Assembly (NCBI GenBank): GCA_036676985.1
Contig: JAKFBU010000073.1
Coordinates: 1 to 64,000, forward strand
Source: Candidatus Sericytochromatia bacterium
GTDB taxonomy: Bacteria; Cyanobacteriota; Sericytochromatia; S15B-MN24; UBA4093
Direction of reading: 5' to 3'
DNA length: 64,000 bases
Of this stretch, positions 20,108 to 28,802 are shown one piece after another (the stretch's first letter is position 1; each line of letters opens with the position of its first letter). The notes beneath the pieces are model-generated. The model was given only the letters and a program-made list of their open reading frames with translations. It had not been told where the DNA came from and made no database searches. Position numbers and translations under genes: made by a program.

Positions 20108-21117
20108 TGAAGACCGCGACCGCCGCTCCGCGCAAGACGTTCCGCGACGGCCTGATCGAGAACGTCATGTCCCAGCAGGAGCGCCTCTTCGAGGCCGCCT
20201 CCCATCTCCTGGGCGTGGAAGGCAAGTCCATCCGTCCCCGTTGCGCGCGCCTGGTCGGCGAGGCCACGAGCCCCGAGGGGACCATCACGCTGGCCCACGA
20301 GCGGCTCGCCGAGGCCGTCGAACTCCTGCACGTCGGCTCGCTCATCCACGACGACATCCTGGACGAGGCCGAGCTGCGCCGGGGCGTGCCGTCCGTCCAC
20401 TCCAAGTGGGGGGCCAAGGCCGCCGTGCTCGCAGGCGACTTCCTCCTGGCCAAGTCCTGCGGCATCATCGCCTCCTTGGGCCACCACTACCTCAACCAGC
20501 GCATGTCCGAGGTGCTCGGCGGCCTCTGCGAAGGTGAATACCAGCAGGACGAACAGCTCTTCAACCTGGACGTGACACGTGAGGCCTACCTCGAGCGGAT
20601 GGCCCTCAAGACCTCGGGCCCCTTCGAGCTCGCCTGCGAGGGCGCCGCCATCCTGAGCGGCCAGCGGGGCGAGGTCTCGGATGCCGCGCGCAAGTTCGGC
20701 TTCCACCTGGGCCGCCTGTTCCAGATGTTCGACGACCTGCTCGACTGGTCCTCCAACGCGCAGCTGGCGGGCAAGCCCGTCGGCCAGGACCTGCTCGTCG
20801 GCTCCATCACCCTGCCGGTGATCGCGGGCCTCGAGGACCCGGAGGTGGGCCCGCGCCTGCGCGCCATGCTCACGCCCTTCCCCACCGAGATCCGCCGGGA
20901 GCTCAAGGACCTGCTCTTCACGCCGCACGTCTACCGCAAGGCCGTCCTGTGGCTCGAAGAGGAGGCGGACATGGCCCGCGAGTGCCTCGCGGTCTTCCCC
21001 GAGGGCAAGGCCAAGGGCGATCTGCTCGCCTACCTGGACCGACTGGTGGAGCAGACCCGCGGCCTGACGCTGCACGAGACGCTCACCACCGTGGAGTTCA
21101 CGCCCCATGCCGTTTGA
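20104..21117 (+). CDS. long-chain polyprenyl diphosphate synthase
   Basis: GK.IRP, first DDxxD (HDDILD..RRG), GDFLL and second DDxxD (FQMFDDLLD). Confidence 0.92.
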   Translation: MMKTATAAPRKTFRDGLIENVMSQQERLFEAASHLLGVEGKSIRPRCARLVGEATSPEGTITLAHERLAEAVELLHVGSLIHDDILDEAELRRGVPSVHSKWGAKAAVLAGDFLLAKSCGIIASLGHHYLNQRMSEVLGGLCEGEYQQDEQLFNLDVTREAYLERMALKTSGPFELACEGAAILSGQRGEVSDAARKFGFHLGRLFQMFDDLLDWSSNAQLAGKPVGQDLLVGSITLPVIAGLEDPEVGPRLRAMLTPFPTEIRRELKDLLFTPHVYRKAVLWLEEEADMARECLAVFPEGKAKGDLLAYLDRLVEQTRGLTLHETLTTVEFTPHAV

Positions 21118-21823
21118 TCTGCCGACCGCCGAGGAAAAGCCCGTCTACGTCCGGGGAATGTTCGATCGCATCTCCGGGGCCTACGACCGCGTCAACGACC
21201 TGATGACCGCGGGCCGGCACCGTGCCTGGAAGCGGACGGTCATCGAGCTGGCGCGGGTGAAGCCGGGCTCCCACTGCCTGGACGTCTGCACCGGCACGGG
21301 CGACCTCGCCTTCCTGCATGCCCAGGCCTCGTGGCCCGGCGGCAGCGTGACCGCCCTGGACTTCTCGCCCGGCATGCTCGAGCAGGCCAAGGCGCGCCCC
21401 TGGGACGGCCCCACCATCACCTGGATGCAGGGCGACGCCATGGCCCTGCCCTTCGAGGACGACCGCTTCGATGCCCTCACGGTGGGCTTCGGCCTGCGCA
21501 ACGTCAGCGACCTGGACAAGGCGATCCTCGAGGCCAAGCGGGTGCTCAAGTCCGGCGGCCGCTTCGTGTCCCTGGACCTCGGCAAGCCCAAGGCCAAGAT
21601 CGTCCGCTGGGGCTCGGAGCTCTACGAGTTCCGGATCGTGCCCTTCCTGGGCGGCGCCGTGTCGGGCGAGCCGGACGCGTACAAGTACCTGCCCCACTCC
21701 AACCGGACCTTTCCGGATCAGCGGACCTTCGCCGAGCGCCTGAAGGCGCACGGGTTCACCGAGGTCGAGGTCCACGATCGGTTCATGGGGGCGATCGCCA
21801 TCGTCTCGGCCACCGCGCCCTAA
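21107..21823 (+). CDS. menG: demethylmenaquinone methyltransferase UbiE/MenG
   Basis: MFDRI...YDRVN, LDVCTGTGD, GFGLRNV and AYKYL..S motifs. Confidence 0.93.
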   Translation: MPFDLPTAEEKPVYVRGMFDRISGAYDRVNDLMTAGRHRAWKRTVIELARVKPGSHCLDVCTGTGDLAFLHAQASWPGGSVTALDFSPGMLEQAKARPWDGPTITWMQGDAMALPFEDDRFDALTVGFGLRNVSDLDKAILEAKRVLKSGGRFVSLDLGKPKAKIVRWGSELYEFRIVPFLGGAVSGEPDAYKYLPHSNRTFPDQRTFAERLKAHGFTEVEVHDRFMGAIAIVSATAP

Positions 21824-21927
21824 CCACTTTTTCCACCAAGCTTAACGGCTCGATAAGAAAGAAGTTTTCTTAGCAGCCCGATAACACTTCCATAACAGCC
21901 TTTGTACAGTTCAAGGAGGAGGAACAC

Positions 21928-22467
21928 ATGGGCTTGGGGAGTGTTACGACGCGTCTGCGTCCGCCGGTACCGCAACTGGTCGCTTTGCCCGGAGGCAAGT
22001 CGGCCCCGACCGTCAAGCTGAGCATGCCTGCCGCGTCTCCTTATCAGGACGCCTTGCTGCACGCCGGTCACCTGGCCAAGAAGGGCTGGTTCTACCAAGA
22101 TTTCGCCATCGGCGCCTTCGTCAAGGCTCTGAAGCTGGGCACGACGTCCGGTGATGCCTTGATGGTCGCCCAGGGCACCTATTTCCGCGGGTTCGCCTTC
22201 CGTGACGTGACCTGCTCGGCGCTCGACCAGACGGTCCAGCGCATCACGAGCCACCAGGAAGCCATCCAGGCCGCCAAGGGCATCGCGGGCCTGGGCCGGT
22301 TCTACGACGACTGGACCCTTTCCGCCCTGCAGGGCGCGCTGCGGCGCAGCGCCACGCCCCAGGAAGCCCAGGAAGTGGCGGCGATCGCCCAGCAGTTCAG
22401 CGACTCCATGCGCTTCACCGAGCTGCGCTACGACGCTCTGGCGCAGGCCGAAATCCTCTCCCTGTAA
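21928..22467 (+). CDS. hypothetical alpha-helical repeat protein
   Basis: Strong RBS aggagg; internally repeated units (F..D.A..A / FYDDW..SA). Confidence 0.7.
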   Translation: MGLGSVTTRLRPPVPQLVALPGGKSAPTVKLSMPAASPYQDALLHAGHLAKKGWFYQDFAIGAFVKALKLGTTSGDALMVAQGTYFRGFAFRDVTCSALDQTVQRITSHQEAIQAAKGIAGLGRFYDDWTLSALQGALRRSATPQEAQEVAAIAQQFSDSMRFTELRYDALAQAEILSL

Positions 22468-22503
22468 CCTCCCCCCATCCCCATCCCCCATCCTCCCCCA
22501 ACC

Positions 22504-22537
22504 CACGAGGGGCTGACCGCTTGGTCAGCCCCTCGTG
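22504..22537. terminator. hairpin terminator
   Basis: cacgaggggctgacc-gctt-ggtcagcccctcgtg. Confidence 0.7.
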
Positions 22538-22583
22538 ATATTGGTAGATTGAAACGAGTCAGACTCGCGAGCCCCACAACACA

Positions 22584-22621
22584 CCCGTTCACCCTGAGGC
22601 CCTCAAAGGGCGAACGGTTCC
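22584..22621. repeat. REP-like element (family B)
   Basis: cccgttcaccctgaggccctcaaagggcgaacggttcc; related copy at 41866-41904. Confidence 0.55.
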
Positions 22622-22646
22622 ACCCGTGCATGACGCATACGCGGGC

Positions 22647-23282
22647 TTAGTGGGCGAACACGTCCTCCCACCCGCCCAGGTCCAGCTGGATCTGCGCCGG
22701 CAGGTGCCGCATGCAGGCCATGGCCAGGTCGTAGCGCCCCTCGCGCTTCAGGATGGCATCCAGCTTCTCCTTGAGCGGGATCAGGTACTTCACGTCGTTC
22801 GCCGAGTACGAAAGCTGCGCGGGCGTCAGATCGTCGGCGCCCCAGTAGCTCGTCTGCACGCTCTTGTCGAGCGTCACGCCCAAGAGATCCGAGCACAGGT
22901 CCTTGAGCCCGTGCTTGCCTCCCCACGTGCGGGCGACCTTGCTCGCGACCTTGGTGCAGTACACGTTCGTGATCTTGGCCCCCAGGTGCTGACGGAGCAT
23001 CGCCAGGTCGAACCGCGCGAAGTGGAACAGCTTCAGCGGGCGCTCGGCCTCCAGGAGCTTGACCAGGTTCGGCATGTCGTAGGAGGTCACCTGCAGGACC
23101 GTCGTGAGGCCGTCCTCGTTGCACAGCTGGACCAGGCAGAGGCGATCGCGGTGGGGATTGAGCCCCGTGGTCTCGGTGTCCGCGCACAGGTAGGCGCTCT
23201 TGGCGTAGGCCTCGTAGAGCTCCTGCGGCAGATCGCCCTTGATGAGATGGACGGTGGGTTCGGCGCTGACGGTCACGGTCAT
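22647..23282 (-). CDS. rnd: short RNase D-like DEDDy 3'-5' exonuclease
   Basis: DTETTGL, DRLCLVQ, FHFARFD, HGLKDL and Y.ANDV motifs; RBS aggagg and -10 TATAAT at 23306-23311. Confidence 0.88.
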   Translation of the reverse strand: MTVTVSAEPTVHLIKGDLPQELYEAYAKSAYLCADTETTGLNPHRDRLCLVQLCNEDGLTTVLQVTSYDMPNLVKLLEAERPLKLFHFARFDLAMLRQHLGAKITNVYCTKVASKVARTWGGKHGLKDLCSDLLGVTLDKSVQTSYWGADDLTPAQLSYSANDVKYLIPLKEKLDAILKREGRYDLAMACMRHLPAQIQLDLGGWEDVFAH

Positions 23283-23339
23283 TCCTCCTAAGCAAACGGC
23301 CCTTCATTATACCTGGAGCGGCCAGCGCGCGACCGACTT

Positions 23340-23355
23340 GTTACGGATCCGTAAC
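23340..23355. promoter_or_regulatory. perfect 16-bp palindrome, likely operator
   Basis: gttacggatccgtaac between the divergent rnd and permease genes; extra GTTAC/GTAAC half sites nearby. Confidence 0.5.
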
Positions 23356-23414
23356 GGGCGAGGGTTACAACCGATCCCAACTCCGGTAAGTAAGATCGTC
23401 CAGGTAACAACCCC

Positions 23415-24812
23415 TTGGAGGACCTCTTGAGCATCCTGATCACCCTCGCCGCCCTGGCGTTCCTCATCACGGTCGCCTATCGCGGCTTCAGCGTCATCCT
23501 CTTCGCCCCGGTGGCCGCCCTCTTGGCCGTCGCCCTCACGGACCCGAGCCACGTCCTGCCCTTCTTCTCGGGCGTGTACATGGACAAGCTGGTCGGGTTC
23601 ATCAAGCTCTACTTCCCGGTGTTCGTGCTGGGGGCCACGTTCGGCAAGCTCATCGAGCTCTCGGGCTTCTCCAAGTCCATCATCAAGGCCGTCATCCAGG
23701 TGGTCGGCGCGGGCAAGGCGATGCTCTCCATCGTCCTCGTCTGCGCCCTGCTCACCTACGGCGGAGTCTCCCTGTTCGTGGTGGCCTTCTCGGTCTACCC
23801 CTTTGCGGCCGAGCTCTTCCGGCAGGCGGACATCCCCAAGCGCCTGATTCCCGGCACCATCGCCCTCGGGGCCTTCACCTTCACCATGGACGCCCTGCCG
23901 GGCTCGCCGCAGATCCAGAACATCATCCCCACGACGTTCTTCAAGACGACCACCTGGGCGGCCCCGACGCTCGGCGTCATCGGCGCGGCCTTCGTCCTCA
24001 CGGTGGGGCTGTTCTACCTCGAGCGCCAGCGCCGCAAGGCCGTCCGGGCGGGCGAGGGGTACGGCACGTCGCTCGTCAACGAGCCCGCGTCCTTCGACGA
24101 GCAGCTGCCCCATGCGGCGATCGCGCTGTTGCCGCTTCTCGCTGTGGGCGTGCTGAACCGGTTGTTCACGGTGGCGATCGCGAACCACTACGGCAAGACC
24201 TTCACGATCCCCGGCATGCCGGGCGTCGAGCCCCTGGACATCTCGAAGCTCAACGCCGTCTGGGCCGTCGAGGGAGCGCTCCTGGTGGGCATCCTGATGG
24301 TCGTGGCCTTTTCCTTCCGGACCATCCGCTCGAAGTTCAACGCAGGGATGAACGTGGCCATCGGGGGCGCGCTGCTCGCGACCATGAACACGGCCTCCGA
24401 GTACGGCTTCGGGGCGGTCATCGCGGCGCTGCCCGGCTTCAAGGCCGTGACGGCGGGGATGGCGAATGCCATCGGTGATCCGCTGGTGAACCAGGCCGTG
24501 ACCATCACGACGCTCGCCGGCATGACGGGCTCGGCCTCGGGCGGGATGAGCATTGCGCTCGCGAGCATGGCCGACACCTACCTGGCGCGGGCCATGGAGC
24601 TCGGGATCCCGGTCGAGGTGTTGCACCGGGTGGCGTCCATGGCGAGCGGGGGCATGGACACCCTGCCGCACAACGGGGCGGTCATCACGTTGCTCGCCGT
24701 GACGGGGCTGACGCACCGGGAGTCCTACAAGGACATCTTCGCCATGACGCTCATCAAGACGGCGGCGGTGTTCCTGGTGATCGGGGCGTACTACGCGCTG
24801 CGCGTGGTCTAA
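23415..24812 (+). CDS. GntP-family permease
   Basis: Multi-TM protein with LTYGGVSLFVV, LPGSPQIQN and DTLPHNGAV motifs. Confidence 0.88.
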   Translation: MEDLLSILITLAALAFLITVAYRGFSVILFAPVAALLAVALTDPSHVLPFFSGVYMDKLVGFIKLYFPVFVLGATFGKLIELSGFSKSIIKAVIQVVGAGKAMLSIVLVCALLTYGGVSLFVVAFSVYPFAAELFRQADIPKRLIPGTIALGAFTFTMDALPGSPQIQNIIPTTFFKTTTWAAPTLGVIGAAFVLTVGLFYLERQRRKAVRAGEGYGTSLVNEPASFDEQLPHAAIALLPLLAVGVLNRLFTVAIANHYGKTFTIPGMPGVEPLDISKLNAVWAVEGALLVGILMVVAFSFRTIRSKFNAGMNVAIGGALLATMNTASEYGFGAVIAALPGFKAVTAGMANAIGDPLVNQAVTITTLAGMTGSASGGMSIALASMADTYLARAMELGIPVEVLHRVASMASGGMDTLPHNGAVITLLAVTGLTHRESYKDIFAMTLIKTAAVFLVIGAYYALRVV

Positions 24813-24820
24813 GGGAATAA

Positions 24821-25002
24821 GGAGGCCCCCCCCGGCCCCCCTCTAGAGGGGGGTGAGGTCATGGTTGGAGGGTGGAGAGCAAGGCTACTGCTATGGAGCA
24901 AGGGTGGGTGGAAAGCAAGGTTACACTATAGGATCTTGGCGGTAATACCCGCTCCCGAGAGCTCCCCCCCCCTCTAGAGGGGGGGGCTAGGGGGGGTCCT
25001 CC
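24821..25002. repeat. inverted-repeat (MITE/REP-like, family C) element
   Basis: The arms ggaggccccccccggcccccctctagagggggg and cccccccctctagaggggggggctagggggggtcctcc are mutually inverted. An internal imperfect tandem repeat ggtgga(g/a)agcaagg occurs twice. Confidence 0.65.
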
Positions 25003-25008
25003 TTGTTC

Positions 25009-25317
25009 CTAAATCCCGAGCATCCCCCGAACATCCGGATCCAGGGCGTCGACCTTCACGTGACACGCATCCCGCCCGTCCGAGATCCGCGTCAGGCTCA
25101 CCGTCCCCGGCCACTCCGGATCCGGGTAGACCTCGAAGTGCTCCCCGTACTGCCTCAGCAGGTGATTCTGCAGCTTGCTCTTCGCCCGGTACAGCTCCAG
25201 CCGCGCGTAGTCGTCGCGCGTCACCTTCGCCTCCTGGTTCAACGCCCGGATGTCGGCGATCAGCCGATCCGTCTCCCGCCGCGACGTGTCCCCCCGCTTC
25301 CCCCGCTTCATCCCCAT
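25009..25317 (-). CDS. small hypothetical protein
   Basis: ~100-aa ORF with host-like codon usage; start uncertain. Confidence 0.55.
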   Translation of the reverse strand: MGMKRGKRGDTSRRETDRLIADIRALNQEAKVTRDDYARLELYRAKSKLQNHLLRQYGEHFEVYPDPEWPGTVSLTRISDGRDACHVKVDALDPDVRGMLGI

Positions 25318-25327
25318 TCCTTCCAAT

Positions 25328-25359
25328 CAGAAGGCCCCGGCTTTCGCCGGGGCCTTCTG
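25328..25359 (-). terminator. clpC terminator hairpin
   Basis: cagaaggccccgg-ctttcg-ccggggccttctg. Confidence 0.7.
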
Positions 25360-25370
25360 CGCTATGAGCC

Positions 25371-27821
25371 TTACGCCTCGCTCGCGACCGGTTCCTTCTT
25401 GGCCTCGGACTGCGTGAAGACCACCTTCTCGCCGTCCCAGTCCGCCGTGATCATCCCGGTCTTGGTGATGGAACCCGACAGGATCTCCTCGGCGAGCGCG
25501 TCCTCGATGAGGCGCTGGATCGCGCGACGCAGGGGACGCGCGCCGTAGCTCGGCGAGTAGCCTTCCTCGCTCAGCTTGTCCTTGAGCGCGAGGGTCACCT
25601 CGAGGTCGAACTCGTTCTCCTTCATCCGCTTGGTGACCTCCTTGAGCATCACGTCGATGATCTGACGGATCTCTTCGCGGGTCAGCGGGTGGAAGACCAC
25701 GATTTCGTCGATACGGTTCAGGAACTCGGGACGGAAGGCCTGCTTCAGCTCGTCCATCACGACGTCCTTCATCTTGCGGTAGCGCTGATCGTCACCACCC
25801 GCCTGGAAGCCGAGCGAACCGCCCTTCTCCAGCGCCCGAGCGCCAATGTTCGACGTCAGGATGATGATGGTGTTCTTGAAGTCGACCACGCGGCCCTTGG
25901 CGTCCGTCAGACGTCCGTCCTCCAGGATCTGGAGCAGGATGTTGAACGCGTCGGGGTGCGCCTTCTCGACCTCGTCGAACAAGACGACCGAGTAGGGCTT
26001 GCGACGGACGGCCTCGGTGAGCTGACCGCCCTCGTTGTACCCGACGTAGCCGGGGGGCGAGCCGATCATCTTGCTGACCGCATGCTTCTCCATGTACTCG
26101 GACATGTCGATGCGGATCAGGCTGTCCTCCTGGCCGAAGAAGTAGCCGGCCAGGGCCTTGGCGAGTTCGGTCTTACCGACGCCCGTGGGCCCTGAGAAGA
26201 TGAACGAGCCGATGGGCCGCTTGGGGTTCTTGAGGCCGACGCGCGCCCGGCGCACCGCCCGCGAGATCATGTGGATGGCGTCCTGCTGGCCGATGACCCG
26301 CTCGTGGAGGACCTCCTCCATCTTGAGCAGCCGCTCGGACTCGCCTTCCGTCATCTTGTTGACCGGGATCCCCGTCCAGCTCGAGACGATCTCCGCGATC
26401 TCCTCGGCGCCGACCGACGGGTTGATGGTCTGGCCCTTCTCCGAGCGCCAGTCCGTGGTGATCTCGCGAATCTTCTCGCGGACTCCCTGCTCCTGGTCGC
26501 GCAGCTGGGAGGCCTTCTCGAACTCCTGGGCGCGGATCGCGGCTTCCTTGTCCTTGGTGTACTGCCGCAGCTCCTTCTCGAGCTCCTTGGCGGCGGGCGG
26601 CAGGCTCGACGAGCGCAGACGCACGCGGCTGGCGGCCTCGTCCATCAGGTCGATGGCCTTGTCCGGCAGGAACCGATCCGAGATGTAGCGATCAGACAGC
26701 TTGGCCGCCGCGATGAGGGCGTCGTCAGTGATCTGCAGGCGGTGGTGCGCCTCGTAGCGCTCGCGCAGGCCGCGCAGGATCTCGATGGTCTCGTCCACCG
26801 AGGGCTCACCGACCATGACCGGCTGGAAGCGGCGCTCGAGGGCCGCGTCGCGCTCGATGTGCTTGCGGTACTCGTCGAGGGTGGTCGCGCCGATGCACTG
26901 CAGTTCGCCACGGGCGAGCGCCGGCTTGAGGATGTTGGCGGCGTCCACCGCGCCCTCGGCCGCACCCGCGCCGATGAGCGTGTGCAGCTCGTCGATCACG
27001 AGGATGATGTTCCCCGCGCCGCGGATCTCTTCCATGATCTTCTTGAGGCGCTCTTCGAACTCGCCGCGGTACTTGGTGCCCGCGACCAACGAGCCGATGT
27101 CGAGCGTCACGACGCGCTTCTCGGTGAGGATGTCCGGCACCTCGCCGTTGATGATCTTGAGGGCCAGGCCCTCGGCGATCGCCGTCTTACCGACGCCGGG
27201 CTCACCGATGAGCACGGGGTTGTTCTTGGTGCGGCGGCCCAGGATCTGGACCACGCGCTCGATTTCCTTCTCACGGCCGACGACCGGGTCGAGGCGGTGC
27301 TCCTCGGCCATCTGCGTCAGGTTGGAGCCGAACTCGTCGAGGGTCGGGGTCTTGGAGCGGTGCTGCCCCGTGCCCGTGGTCGCGGCCGACTCGCCCAGCA
27401 TGCGGATGACGTTGGAACGGACCCGGCTGAGGTCGACGCCCAGGTTCTCCAGCACGCGAACGGCGACGCCCTCGCCCTCGCGGATCAGGCCCAGGAGCAG
27501 GTGCTCCGTGCCGATATAGTTGTGGCCCAGCTGGCGAGCCTCGTCCCACGAGAGCTCCAGCACGCGCTTGGCGCGCGGCGTGAAGGGGATCTCGACGGCG
27601 ACGAAGCCGGAGCCGCGGCCGATGATCTTCTCGACCTCGATGCGGGCATCCTTCAGGCTAACACCCATGCTCTTGAGCGTCTTGGCCGCAACACCAGTGC
27701 CCTCGCCGATCAACCCGAGGAGGATCTGCTCGGTGCCGACGAAGTTGTGACCAAGGCGCCGCGCTTCTTCTTGCGCCAGCATGATCACCTTGATGGCTTT
27801 TTCAGTAAATCTCTCGAACAT
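25371..27821 (-). CDS. clpC: ATP-dependent Clp protease ATP-binding subunit ClpC
   Basis: Two Clp-N repeats, two Walker A motifs ([16 protein letters not shown]), a UVR motif and an LGF ClpP loop. The N-terminus [32 protein letters not shown] is cyanobacterial/plastid-like. Confidence 0.97.
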   Translation of the reverse strand: MFERFTEKAIKVIMLAQEEARRLGHNFVGTEQILLGLIGEGTGVAAKTLKSMGVSLKDARIEVEKIIGRGSGFVAVEIPFTPRAKRVLELSWDEARQLGHNYIGTEHLLLGLIREGEGVAVRVLENLGVDLSRVRSNVIRMLGESAATTGTGQHRSKTPTLDEFGSNLTQMAEEHRLDPVVGREKEIERVVQILGRRTKNNPVLIGEPGVGKTAIAEGLALKIINGEVPDILTEKRVVTLDIGSLVAGTKYRGEFEERLKKIMEEIRGAGNIILVIDELHTLIGAGAAEGAVDAANILKPALARGELQCIGATTLDEYRKHIERDAALERRFQPVMVGEPSVDETIEILRGLRERYEAHHRLQITDDALIAAAKLSDRYISDRFLPDKAIDLMDEAASRVRLRSSSLPPAAKELEKELRQYTKDKEAAIRAQEFEKASQLRDQEQGVREKIREITTDWRSEKGQTINPSVGAEEIAEIVSSWTGIPVNKMTEGESERLLKMEEVLHERVIGQQDAIHMISRAVRRARVGLKNPKRPIGSFIFSGPTGVGKTELAKALAGYFFGQEDSLIRIDMSEYMEKHAVSKMIGSPPGYVGYNEGGQLTEAVRRKPYSVVLFDEVEKAHPDAFNILLQILEDGRLTDAKGRVVDFKNTIIILTSNIGARALEKGGSLGFQAGGDDQRYRKMKDVVMDELKQAFRPEFLNRIDEIVVFHPLTREEIRQIIDVMLKEVTKRMKENEFDLEVTLALKDKLSEEGYSPSYGARPLRRAIQRLIEDALAEEILSGSITKTGMITADWDGEKVVFTQSEAKKEPVASEA

Positions 27822-27972
27822 AGCGCACCTTCTTCAAATCCATACGGGGTCTCGGGTGTGGCGCCATCTTACCACAGGTAAGCATGACCGCCAATGCGCT
27901 TGAGACGTCGCTGTGTAGCCAATTTGCCGAGGTAGTTTGGCCAAGTTGGCCAAGCCCCGGAATGGGCGACCG

Positions 27973-28362
27973 CTAATCCCCAAGCTGGTCCTTCAATTTG
28001 GCCTTGATGGACCGAATCTCCTCCTCGCGGCCCTTCCGAAGCTGTTCCAGCTCGGACATCCGCTCCTTGATCTCGGCGATCTCCGCTTCCTTCTGGGCCT
28101 TGATCTGGTCAAGGTCGTTCTGGAGCCGGATGATGCGCTCAACTCCCGCCAAATTGATCCCGAGCTCCTGAGTCAGCTTCTGGATGTACATCAGGCGCTC
28201 GATGTCCGCTTCCGAGTAAAGTCGATTCTTACCCTGTCGCTTAGGGCTGACGAGCCCGCGCCGCTCATACAAGCGGAGTGTTTGCGGGTGCATGTTCACC
28301 AATTCAGCCGCCACGCTGATGATGTAGAGTGGACGGTCCTTTGATGAAAAGTCGTATCCCAT
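27973..28362 (-). CDS. hspR: MerR-family regulator, HspR-like
   Basis: [34 protein letters not shown] and GINLAGV motifs. Confidence 0.8.
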   Translation of the reverse strand: MGYDFSSKDRPLYIISVAAELVNMHPQTLRLYERRGLVSPKRQGKNRLYSEADIERLMYIQKLTQELGINLAGVERIIRLQNDLDQIKAQKEAEIAEIKERMSELEQLRKGREEEIRSIKAKLKDQLGD

Positions 28363-28626
28363 CGGCCCTCCTCGAATTGACCTTACTATTCCCGAAGCAG
28401 GGACTTGCTTAACCCTATATAAATGCCCTTTAGTGCGATGTTCGGCGTTATGTTACCACAGGCCGTCGCAGGACATCGGGAACGGGCGTCAAAAGGTCCT
28501 CTGCGGCCGCGGGGCTCCGGGTCGCGATTGAGTCGGGTGTTGTGAGGAGAGTTTCACCTTATCGCAGGTGGGAGCGCTTGGGAAGTGGGGCTCGCGCACA
28601 CAGGGTCGGCTCAGCGATATCCGACC

Positions 28627-28755
28627 CTGGCCCACGCCTTCGCGAGGGTGACCCCGCTTGCGCGGGAATGACGAGAGCGCCAACTCGCGCATCGAGGGGA
28701 ACCCTCTTACGAACCGAGTAGGCACTCCCGTCACCCTCGCGCAAGCGGGGGTCCA
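28627..28755. repeat. REP-like cluster (family A)
   Basis: Two nested inverted copies at 28627-28672 and gtcaccctcgcgcaagcgggggtcca at 28730-28755, with the same ggcactccc flank as at 10426. Confidence 0.75.
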
Positions 28756-28802
28756 CAGCAGGCCATCCGGCCTTCGCCGGTAGGACGGAATCTCGGCCTC
28801 GC

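Noticed and set aside
21860-21890. Sigma-28-like CCGATAA promoter (also GGCGATAA near 42933 on the minus strand)
   Set aside because: The -35 match and spacing are poor; the ATAA here fits the 11-bp-phased motif at least as well.
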